Both the position numbers and the translations under genes were made by a program. This document shows, one piece after another, positions 40,686 to 53,102 of a DNA stretch of 64,000 nt. Source of the DNA: Euprymna scolopes. Taxonomy: Eukaryota. Where the stretch lies: assembly GCA_053919585.1 (NCBI GenBank), contig CM132795.1; one strand, 5' to 3'. Each line of letters begins with the position of its first letter. The stretch's first letter is position 1. Below the pieces are notes generated by a model. The model saw only the letters and a program-made list of their open reading frames with translations, did not search any database and had not been told where the DNA came from.

Positions 40686-41790
40686 TATAATTTCTTCATA
40701 TCTAGGAAACTACTGGTTTCCTGGAGTTTTTGCTGTTATTTTCGTTTTCAGCACACTCGAAAACCTTTAATAGTGATAATTTTAATGACTTTTCGTGGGT
40801 GGAAAGATACTACACCTTTACCAATACTTTACAAAATATCCGATATTTCCCCCTTTATGGAGGGGAGATAAAAACTTGCTGCTATAGTTTCAATTGATCT
40901 GAAATAACAGCAAGGGGGAATTTGATTCCAAATATTTCTCATATGTTATATCTCCCCTCTTTGGTTTTCATACATTAAGTAAATTTCACAGTGAATAAAG
41001 ATCATTTGATACTAGAGATATTCATAGAAATATAACATATTAGAAATATATGGAATCAATCCCGCTTTCGTTCTTAAACTACGCAATAATGTACAAAATA
41101 ATAAAATATGCCTGAATAGAAGTGAACGTAGTATTTAAAAGAAACTAATAATCTAATAAGAAACAATCAAAATGAATAATTAATTAATGCTTGTTTTAAA
41201 AAAGAATATGCAAATTAATTCAGATTTATGAAGACGCTCTTATTTCTACAACGAATTTAAAATTTCGTATAAATAATTTTTAAATTGAAAGACTGTAATG
41301 TTGTTCAAATTAACTGCCCTAATGTTGCCCCAATCTAAATCAGTAATGCTGTCCTCTATTTCTCTAATTAAAGAATATGTAGTGTGTAGGCAAGGTCGCA
41401 TAGAGAAATGATAACTTCGACACAAATTTTCCTTATGAAGGAAAAAGGTATTTATTTTTTCATTTCACGAAATCCAAACAGGTGCTCGCTTTCAGTACAG
41501 GGTATTAGAAAACACATCTCTTAATCCACATTCGCACGACTACCAGTTTTACAAAGTACGATTTTCGGAAGGGTGCTAAGAGAGAAAGGTAGTCCTCGCA
41601 TTCACCGAACATAACGGACCAAGTGCTCTTTTTCTGCTCTTCCTTATAATCTTTGCTTTTTGTTCTTACCTCCACCTTTCTTTCTTTTCCAGTTTTAATC
41701 CACGTAAGCATTTGAATCAATGATGTAATGCTGACGCTAAACCTTCGAATACAAACGCAATCATGTACCAAAAAAGAAACGTTTTTATAT

Positions 41791-41877
<87 letters not shown>

Positions 41878-41887
41878 AATATCTGTG

Positions 41888-42860
41888 GTATAATGGGGTA
41901 GATATTTATTTGCTGCCCAGCACAGCAAAATGTGGCACAAGGCCGGAATGTGGAGAACAGGCGAGCTCCCCTAAAGAAGGGGCACTCTCGCCTCAGAAGA
42001 ATTTGCCTGGGCACCCCCGTCAGCATTCACCGGTAGGGACGCCTCAGGCGACAAGCAATTAAATTGCCCCACCGGAAAGCCCGGTGGCAAGGCCTAGGAG
42101 GGTGGACCTCCTAAGTAGTACCAAGAGGTGTACCTCAATCTGACAGGTGCTGAGCCGGTTTCCGACCCCTAAACTGTCGGGCTGAGTGTCAAGAACGGAT
42201 CCTTGATGAGTACTTCTAACCTGTCTCCCTGCAGCCGAAGCCGCTAGGAGACACATCCCATCATACCAGAGTATAATGGGGTAGTTATTTAAATGCTGCC
42301 CACATCAGCATTATTTGGCACAGGCGGTGTACCTCAGTCCAACAAATTCTGGGCCGGTTCCCGGCCCCTCACCTGTTGGGCTGAGTGTCAAGTGACGAAT
42401 CCTTGACATGTACTACCCTGTCTCCCTGCAGCCGAAGCAGCTAGGAGACACATCCCATCATACAGGAGTATAATTTGGTATATATTTAATTGCCGCCCAC
42501 ATCGGCAATATTTGGCACAAGGCCTGGAAAGTGGGATACCCGCAGGCTCCCCTAAAGGAGGGGCACTCCTGCAATTTTAAAAATTGCCTGAGTAACCCCG
42601 TCGGCATTCCCCGGTCGGGGCGCCTCAGGCAGCAAGCAATAAACTTACCCCACCGGAAAGCCCGGTGGCAAGGCCTGGGAGGGTGGACCTCCTAGGTATT
42701 ACCCAGGCGGTGTACCTCAGTCCAACAGGTGCTGGGCCGGTTCCCGGCCCCTCACCTGTTGGGCCGAGTGTCAAGTGACGAATCCTTGACTTGTACTACC
42801 CTGTCTCCCTGCAGCCGAGGCCGCTAGGAGACACATCCCATCATACAGGAGTATAATTGG
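41888..42860 (+). ncRNA. Tandem 383-bp GC-rich structured non-coding element (383 + 197 internally deleted + 383 + 10-nt terminal repeat); retrozyme/circular-RNA-like candidate
   Basis: Units start GTATAAT at 41888, 42271, 42468 and 42851; many hairpins show compensatory changes between copies; G-U pairs favour the + strand. The repeat is certain; function is inferred. Confidence 0.65.
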
Positions 42861-43162
42861 TTATGATTCCGCACAGTTGGGAGATTCTATTTATAAACGA
42901 TGCTGCTAGGAACTGACGAATCGAATTAATTCGCGTTCTGCTACCAACCAATCAGAAACCAGAATTGCTCCATAAATATTAAACCTTTCTGTAGCAATTA
43001 CGCATATGTTTTTTTTTTTTCGTCTCGACACGGAACAATCTTTTGCTCTGTGGATTTCAACTCGGGAACTGTCTACTGCAAACCAGTCAACTGTCGGGAC
43101 TTGTGTAGAACAGCGAATCATCGGAAACTGTTCTGCGACTAAACATGGCTTACACTTCTAGA

Positions 43163-43204
<42 letters not shown>

Positions 43205-43333
43205 CTACTTAATTTACTCACATAAAATTAATATACGAAAGTATAGATCTGTGCGTAAACTTTAAGTATTTACTTCAAAAGTGCTCAATACGTAGGTAGA
43301 GCTAGTTAGTAAGTTATAAAATGTACATGGCGA

Positions 43334-43388
43334 TTAAGCTACACTGATTATTCCACGTTTCATCCACTCTAGGATTCTTCAGGCTTAA
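43334..43388 (-). ncRNA. Type I hammerhead ribozyme motif (Penelope-like)
   Basis: UUAAGC-CUGAAGA-AUCC/UAGAGU/GGAU-GAAAC...GUA-GCUUAA: core boxes, stem II, 6-bp stem I and GUA cleavage triplet; stem III is weak. Confidence 0.7.
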
Positions 43389-43409
43389 GCCTGAAGAATC
43401 CTAGAGTTA

Positions 43410-45202
<1,793 letters not shown>

Positions 45203-45354
45203 NNNNNNNNNNNNNNNNNNNNNNNNNNNNNNNNNNNNNNNNNNNNNNNNNNNNNNNNNNNNNNNNNNNNNNNNNNNNNNNNNNNNNNNNNNNNNNNNNN
45301 NNNNNNNNNNNNNNNNNNNNNNNNNNNNNNNNNNNNNNNNNNNNNNNNNNNNNN
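45203..45354. other. Assembly gap (N run)
   Basis: Direct. Confidence 1.
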
Positions 45355-46915
45355 CACCCCTCACATTGCTTATAATTTTTAAGTATAATCCTTCATGGGA
45401 CAACACTGAAAAGTAATTTTTTGACACAATGAACAGTACTCTGTCAACAGCATATATAACAGAATTAATTTATTTTACCTTCAAAATAACTCAAAATATA
45501 GCCATTAACAGCTAAATCCCTGGCAACGAAAGTGAGTACACCCCTAAGAAACTACACCCCTAAAAGCGAGTACAATCCTTAAAAACTATACCCCTAAATG
45601 TTTAAATTGAGTACTGATTTTTTTCTCCTCCAAATTACGTATGTATTACGCCATGTATTCATAGAGAGTAGGTGTATTAAAATTTGTAGTGCAGCCCTCA
45701 CACTATCTCTTTCCAGTCACTGAAAGTTCCAACATGGCACCAGATGGCAAATAACTCTCTGAGGATCTGAAAAAATGTATTCTTGCTCTACATAAACATG
45801 ATCAAGGCTACAAGAAGATTGTTAACACCTTGAAACTGAGCTGCAGCAAGATTCACTCGGAACTGGCCTCGGGTAGGTCTTCTAAAGAAGCCGAGCACAG
45901 GTCCTGAGCGTCACATCCAAATGCTTTTTTTGAAAGATCGGCGTAGCAGAGATTAAAGAGGTTGGGGCTCAGCCTGTTTATGTTCAGACCATCTATCGCA
46001 CACTATATCAAATTGGTGTGCATGGCTCTCACCCCACGAGGAAGCCTCTTCTGAAGGCAATGCACAAGAAAGCCCGCAAACAGTTTGCTGAAGACATGTC
46101 AACATAGCCCTATGGAACCATGACCTATGGTCTGATGAGGCGAATTTGATTTGTTTGATTCTGATGTGGCGGCGACCAGGTAGGGAGTACAAAGATAAGT
46201 GTGTCATACCTACAGTCAAGCATGGTGGTAGGAATGTCATGGTCTGGGGCTGTATAAGTGCTGAAGGTATTGGAGAGTTACATTTCATTAAGGGGAACAT
46301 GAACTCCAACATGTACTGTCAAATAGTGTAGCAGAGCATGATCCCCTTCCTCCAGAAACTGGGTCGCAGAGCAGTGTTCCAGCATGACAATGACCCAAAA
46401 CACGCATCCAAGACAACCACTGCTTTACTGAAGAGGCTGAGGGTAAAGGTGATGGACTGGTGAAGCATGTCTCCAAACTTGAACCAAACAGAACAACTTT
46501 GGTGCGTCCTAAAACAGAAAGTGGAGGTACGCAAATCTCAAATATCCGCCAGCTACGCGACATCGTAATTGAAGAGTGGAAGAGCATTCAGGTGGCTGCT
46601 GGTAAAGTCCATGCCCAGGAGAATAAAGGCAATTTTGGATAATGATGATGACCACACAAAATATTGAGAATTGACATGTATGTTAATATTGACAACTTTT
46701 CGTAAGGAGGGTACTCACTTTTGTTGCCAGGAATTTAGCTGTTAATAGCTATATTTTGAGTTATTTTGATGGGGGAAAATAAATTAACTGTTATATATGC
46801 TGCAGACAGACTACTTTTCGTTGCGTTAAAAGTCATTTTTTCAGTGTTGTCTCATGAAGAGATATGCTTAAATATTTTAAGAAATGTGAGGGATGTACTC
46901 ACTTTTGTGACACAC
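45355..46915 (+). mobile_element. Tc1-like IR/DR-type transposon pseudogene
   Basis: ATG at 45733: MAPDGK*LSEDLKK...GYKKI; WSDE, PTVKHGGRNVMVWGC and FQHDNDPKH; ~200-bp TIRs with internal direct repeats AAAGTGAGTACACCCCT. Confidence 0.95.
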
Positions 46916-46954
46916 ACATATATATAATTATTTACTATAATAATTATTAAATAA

Positions 46955-46998
46955 CTACAGACACTAGTGTTTCATCCTTTAGGGAATCATCAGTGCAG
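46955..46998 (-). ncRNA. Type I minimal hammerhead ribozyme
   Basis: CUGCA-CUGAUGA-UUCC/CUAAA/GGAU-GAAAC-ACUAGU-GUC-UGUAG: stem I CUGCA/UGUAG, palindromic stem III ACACUAGUGU and GUC cleavage site. Confidence 0.85.
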
Positions 46999-47015
46999 AG
47001 TGTCACAATTAACAC

Positions 47016-47097
47016 CAGTCAATAAATTCGAACCCGGCGGCAGAAACCATCCCTGGCTTCATTAGCAAGGACCTAATTCATTCGGCTACTGTTAACC
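47016..47097 (-). mobile_element. tRNA-derived SINE head (Pol III A and B boxes) directly upstream of the hammerhead
   Basis: GGTTAAC-AG-TAGCCGAATGAA (A box)...CTTGCTAAT...GGGTTCGAAT (B box)...ATTGACT, with a residual acceptor stem. Confidence 0.7.
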
Positions 47098-47146
47098 GCG
47101 AGAAATTTTGTTGAATTTAAACATTTATTTTTACACACTTTTTACG

Positions 47147-48248
47147 TTAGTAAATTACGTAATTCGCTTTAAAGAATTATGTCTTCTTTTAAGAACGTTG
47201 AATACAAGATGGAAAAAAAAGCAAATTCGCAAAATTTTCTTTTTTCAATTCAAGCTAGGCCGAAAAGATTCTTAAACAGCTTGCAATATCAACGAAGCAT
47301 TTGGCTAAGGAACTACTACTATATGCACAACACAATGGTGGTTTTAGAAATTTCGTGGCGCCGAAAGGAGGCTTAAAATCATGAGCATAGTGATCGGCCA
47401 TCGGATGTTGACAACAATCAATTAAGAGCATTAGTCGAAATCAATAAACGCACAACTATTCGAGAACCTGCTTCCGAATTTGACGTAATGAATGTGAACG
47501 AACAAAAAACTTGATAAATTGGTGCCTCATGAACCAAAAGAAACGCCGTTATGAAGTGTCATCTTCCCCTTTTTTACGCAACAAGAACGACTCGATTCTC
47601 GATCGGATTGTGACTTGCTATGAAAATTGTTTTTTTTAATGACAGCTGGTACGCTCAGTTCAGTGATTAGACACCGACGAAACTCTACGATACTCCCCGA
47701 AGCCAGAATTGCACCAAAAGAAGGTCATGCTGACTGTTTTGTGGTCTGCGACTGGTCTTATCCATTACATTTTTTTTTAATTCAAGCGAAACAGTTATGA
47801 TAGAAGTACTGCCGTCCGAAACTTTGACCACACCTTGCATTAGTCAACAGAAAAATTCTTAATGTTCCTCTACGACAATGACCGACCGCATCTTGCTAAA
47901 CCGACCCTGCAGAAGTTGAATGGATTAGGCTACGAAACACTGCCTCATCCTCCATACTCTTCAGACCTCTCATCTACTGACTACTAATTTTTGAAGTATT
48001 TCGACAAATTTATAAGAGAGAAATGCTTAAAAGATCTAAGCGATATCAAAAACGCTTCGATCGTCAACTGAACGCAAGATTTTTTCTTTACTGATATAAG
48101 TACACTCGTTTTGCGCCAGCAAAATTGTTTTGATCCTTATGGAGCTTATTTCACAATAATATTTTTTAGCAGACATATCTTCATCTGCATTTAAAAGTAA
48201 CCCCCCCCCCCCAAAAAAAAACTCAAGAACTTTCTTGTCAACCTGTTA
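47147..48248 (+). mobile_element. Mariner (DD34D) transposon pseudogene
   Basis: MEKKQIRKIF..QFKLG, LVPHE (WVPHEL motif), RIVTC, LHQKKVMLTV, YDNDRPH and HPPYSSDLSSTDY; right end ...CTTTCTTGTCAACCTGTTA; the 5' ~160 bp is duplicated at 49018-49176. Confidence 0.92.
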
Positions 48249-48538
48249 GAACAAAGCGTAACAACTAAATAAAATCATCTGTACATTAAGAAACCATAAA
48301 AATGAATAAATAATTAAGGTTCGTTTTGCAAAGGAATATGCAAATTAGTAAGCCGTTTTGAAGTCGCTCGCATATCCACGACTGAGTATATTTAAAAGGA
48401 CGGTTGAATAAATTTTATATAGAAAAAGTAGGCTTTTAATACTAATGTAAGTGCGACAAAAATCTCAACTTTGTATGTTTATAGATAGAAGATATATACA
48501 CGTATATATGATGTTAAAAGGAAAAAGAGTACCGGAAG

Positions 48539-48577
48539 CTCGACGTTTCGCCCGAATTATGTGGTCTTTTTCAAGAG
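48539..48577 (-). ncRNA. Variant minimal hammerhead-like motif (Penelope-type)
   Basis: CUC-UUGAAAA-AGACC...GGGC-GAAAC-GUC-GAG: stem I CUC/GAG and palindromic ACGU stem III, with a non-canonical core. Confidence 0.5.
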
Positions 48578-48656
48578 GTGTAGTCACCTCCGGTCTTCCG
48601 CTTCCTTTTCACATAATAACGTCGGATTGTATCCATTTTAATTTTTTAATTCACCC

Positions 48657-48726
<70 letters not shown>

Positions 48727-48828
48727 TTCATTTACTCACATAAAATTAATATACGAAAGTATAAATTCATGCGTAAACTTTAAGTATTAGTTTATAACAG
48801 TGCTCAATGCGTAGGTAGAGCTTAGGCG

Positions 48829-48879
48829 TAAGCCTAAGAATCCTAGAGTGAATGAAACGGAATATTCAGTGTAGCTTAA
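48829..48879 (+). ncRNA. Degenerate copy of the 43334-43388 hammerhead
   Basis: UAAGC-CU-AAGA-AUCCUAGAGUGAAU-GAAAC-GGAAUAUUCAGU-GUA-GCUUAA; the core G is deleted. Confidence 0.55.
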
Positions 48880-48982
48880 TCGCCATATATATATAGGTAT
48901 ATAGAGATGTAGATATACGTATACGGAAACGTATTAAGCACCTAAAAATATTGTTTTATTTCAATATATTAGAACCTACTTA

Positions 48983-49014
<32 letters not shown>

Positions 49015-49192
49015 GCATTAGTAAATTACGTAATTCGCTTTAAACAATTATGTCTTCTTTTAAGAACGTTGAATACAAGATGGAAAAAAGCAAATTCGCA
49101 AAATTTTCTTTTTTTCAATTCAAGCTAGGCCGAAAAGATTTTTAAACAGCTCGCAATATCAACGAAGCATTTGGCATATGCATGATATTTTA

Positions 49193-52100
49193 CCTGCCGT
49201 TTTCGCCCCTTTCCCGTTGCTACAGGACTTGGTAAAGTTGGTCGCAAGTGGACATGGACGAGTTCTTCCAGCCTGTGTGTGGAATTTTATAGCGAAGTAC
49301 TGGTCCCACTCTTTACACCCGTGGCCTATTCGTCATGGCCCAGTGAGCTGGGACGGTGACAGCGAGGTCCTCACATTGTAGGTTTTATGTCAGACTGTCC
49401 TTGTCTTAGCCTCTGGTTCAAAAACCTTCCCCGGAGGCACGGGGAACATATTGGCCAATAAGCTCGTCATGGAGCCCATCCCCTTCAGCCGGTGACCTCA
49501 GATGATGTTCGTACGCCCAGTGGTGCAATGTTAGACACCACCTCCTCATATGGTTTAGCCCGCCAGCTGAAGCAGTTTACCGGGATATGACGCTTGGAGT
49601 CAACATGTGAGAGATTTAAGGATGAGTGGGGGCCAGTGAGGCTCGTCCACCCTACTAGGTGGGAAGCAGCATGTTGGACAACGAAGGTGCTACCCCTCCT
49701 CAGAGCCCCTATGCGAAACGGAAGGTGGAAGATGATCACTGAAAGCCGCACATATATCCTGCATGCAGTCGGTACAGGTTATTGGTTGCCTGATGACAAT
49801 ATCACTCGGCAGCACCCTGATTGATCAAGGAGCCTTATCTAAGGAAGCACTGCTTGCTCTACAAGGAGAGGGGTCTAGAAAATGTGGCCTAAAAGCTCGT
49901 TTCCGTCATCCCCAGTCGGCTTGCCGCGGTCAATGGGCATCTCCCAATGCGGTCGAAATACTACAAAGAAACCTATGCACCCACCTGTAAGAGTGCAAAA
50001 GTACTGAATCTGGCATCTTGGAACATCGGAACTATCTTAGACAAAGACGACAACAACAATCAAAGCGACAACTGCTTTGATTGCACTTGAGCTGTCCACT
50101 GGGGGTAGCAGCCTCTAGGAACACGGCGCCGGATACACCCTCTTTTGGTCCGGGGAAACCTGCAACGGAAAGGGTATTTCTCGAGCATTGGCTTCCTGGT
50201 CAGAACCTCCATCGCTTCCACACTGGAAAGCCTTTCTACTTGTCTGAGGAATAAAGAATTTGCTACGCTTCTCAGTGTGTACGCTCAACTCTTCAAGCTG
50301 AACCTGCAGAAAAAGACTGATTTTATTCAGAGCTCCGCTATGTACTGCGGCGCACCCCTTCAACTAATAAGGTGATAATCCTCGGCGACTTCAACGCCAG
50401 AGTGGACCGAGACGCAATTATCTGGAGAGGAGTGCTTGGCAGACATGGCATTGAAGCTTGCAATCAAAATAGGCGTTTTACATGGAGCTGCAGCTCGTCA
50501 TCACAAACACCATCTTCCAGCAAAAAGACATGCTAAAGACAACCTGGAGGCATCCTCGGTCCAGACATTGGCGCCGCATAGATGACATTCTAGTATGCCA
50601 AAAAGACTGAAAAGATGTCTTACACACCCGAGTGCAGAATGTCATACTGACCACCGCCTAGTGCGTTGCAAAATCCGACTGCACTTAAAACCCAAACCAA
50701 GGAAGGGAGGGCCACCCTGGAAAACGTACAAGCTTAGCAAACTACAACCAGCTGTCTTTCAGGCAGGCTTGCAGTCCAAGCTTAAAAACGTCAGCGGCCC
50801 AGAAGAAGTTCCCTCACCTGAGCGCCTCTGGGATCAACTGGAAAATAACCATCCTGCGGACATCTGAGGAGGTCCTGTGGTTTTCCACTAAAAAGAACTG
50901 CGATTGGTTTGACGAAAACAATGAAGAAATACGAGAATTGTTGGAAAGGAAGAGATCAGCACCGGGCCTACTTGGCTCGCCCGTCCTGTCCGCTGAGGGG
51001 AGCAGCCTTTCGTCACATTCCGTCACATCTGCAGCAACCTCCAGCGCAAGCTTATAATCTTAAAGTTCGACTGGTGGTTCAACCTCGGAGTAAGAACGCA
51101 GCAGTACACAGACGCCGGTGACTACATCAGCTTTTATGAAGCTCTGAAGACAGTATATGGCTCCGCGTCCATGAATCCACTGCGTAGGGCGGACGGCCAG
51201 ACGCTTCTAACGGATGGAATATACATCCTGAACCATTGGTCTGGGCATTTGCAAGCTCTCTTCAGAGTTGACCGGGTCATTCAGAGCTCAGCAATCCTTC
51301 ACATCCCTCAACCGCCAGCCAAAGTGGAATTGGATGAACCTTCCTCCATGGAAGAACTCCATGTAGCCATAAAACAGTTGAAGAGTGGAAAGGCGGCAGG
51401 AATCGATGGGATCCCACCAGAGATCTGAAAAATGGAGGCCCAGCGTTGCACAGAAACTTCATAAGCTCCTTGTCTGTTGTTGAGAACAAGGAGAACTCCA
51501 ACTGGACCTCCGTAATGCGGTCATTGTACAAAAACAAGGGCGAAATGTCAGTCTGCTCTAACTACCGGGGATCACCCTGCTCTCCATCGCAGGTAAAATC
51601 CTTGCCCGTTTGCTCCTAAACAGACTGATACCTTCCATCGCAGAAGACTATTTCCAAGAAACCTAGTGTGGTTCTAGAGCAAACAGAGATACCACGGGCA
51701 TGGTCTTCGTCCTCAGACAACTGCGAGAGAAATGTCGTGAACAAAACAGGGGACTCTATGTAACGTTTGTGGACCTGACCAAGACATTTGACAGAGTAAG
51801 CAGGAAAAGGAATTGGCTGAATTTGGAGCGCCTCGGCTGCCTCCCAAAGCTCCTCAGCATGATAGTTCAGTTGCATGAGAATCAGAACGGTCAGGTTAGA
51901 GTAAATAACAACCTCTCAGAACCCTTCTTTATCGTCAATGGCGTAAAACAGGGATGCGTTCTGGCACCGACTTTGTTCAGCATCTTCTTTAGCATGATGC
52001 TAAAGCAGGCAACCGAAGATCTTTACGATGATGATACTTTCTACATTCGATATCGCCTCAATGACAGTCTGTTCAACCTCAAAAGGCTTCAAGCCCACAC

Positions 52101-53102
52101 AAAGACATTCGAGCAACTGAACGAAGACGCTGCCCTTGTTGCCCACACCGAAAGAGCCTTGCAGTTTTCCACATCCTTCTTCGCAGAGATCTTCGGACTC
52201 GAGAACAGCTTGAAAAAGACGGAAGTCATCCACCAGCCAGCTCCCCAGGTAGAGTACCGCCCTCCCTACATCACCATTGGCGAAACTAAGCTGAAGACCG
52301 TTTACCAATTTACCTACCTGGGGTGTACCGTCACATCAGATGCCAAACTCGACAGGGAAATAGACATCAGACAGGCCAAGGCAAACAGCGCTTTTGGCAG
52401 ATTGTACAACAGAGCCTGGAAAAACAGACACTTAAAAAGTTGCACAAAAATCAGTGTGTACAGAGCCGTAGTACTCTCCACCCTGCTGTACGACTCTGAG
52501 TCCTGGACTATTTACCGCCACCAATTACGACTCCTCGAGTGTTTTGATCAGCGCTATCTCCACACCATTCTCAACATCCACTGGAGTGATTATGTTACCA
52601 ATGTTTAGGTCATCGAGCGGGCGGAAATCACCAGCATCGAGGCCATGCTGCTGAACTCCCAGCTACGGGGGGTCGGGTACGTCTCCAGAATATAGAATCA
52701 TCGCCTGCCCTAGATAGTCCTATATGACGAACTCTCTACTGACCGTCGTGACAGAGGGGCACCGAAGAAAAGATATAAAGACTCTCTGAAGAAGTTCCTA
52801 GGTGACTGCCACATGTACCACCTCCAGTGATCTGTTCTCGCTGCTGGCCGTGCTACCTGGCGACGTATTGTACAACAGACTGCCGACTTTTTTGAGATCT
52901 CCGCACAGAGAATCTGCGGGAGAAGCTCTGAAGGAGGAAGATTTGGGAAGCCTCAGCAGCCACACCTGACGCGACTTTTGACTGCAGCTGCTGGGGCTAA
53001 ACTTGCTTGTCCCGCATCGGGCTCATCAGCCACAAGCGTGCCTACAGTCGATGTAGACAACCCCCTTCATAGAATGTTCGTTTGCGAAGTACAGCAAAGA
53101 AG
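49193..53102 (+). mobile_element. Full-length decayed RTE-clade LINE with 11-bp TSD
   Basis: TSD ATGATATTTTA at 49182-49192 and 53103-53113; APE motifs LASWNI and ILGDFNARV; GKAAGIDGIP; RT GVKQGCVLAPTLF; short AAG-type tail. Confidence 0.93.
51700..52608 (+). pseudogene. RTE reverse transcriptase fragment (catalytic FADD segment damaged)
   Basis: FVDLTKTFDRV, GVKQGCVLAPTLFSIFF and FTYLG; reads QLNEDAAL where ...FADDAAL is expected. Confidence 0.9.

Noticed and set aside
42230-42295. Hairpin-ribozyme-like spacing CGAA-GCCG-CUAGG-AGACACA...GUAG
   Set aside because: The complementary helix-3 strand and a correctly placed N-GUC substrate strand are missing; GGAGACA pairs better with upstream UGUCUCC.
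47016-47097. Functional tRNA-Ser gene
   Set aside because: The anticodon and T stems do not form properly; it is better explained as a SINE head.
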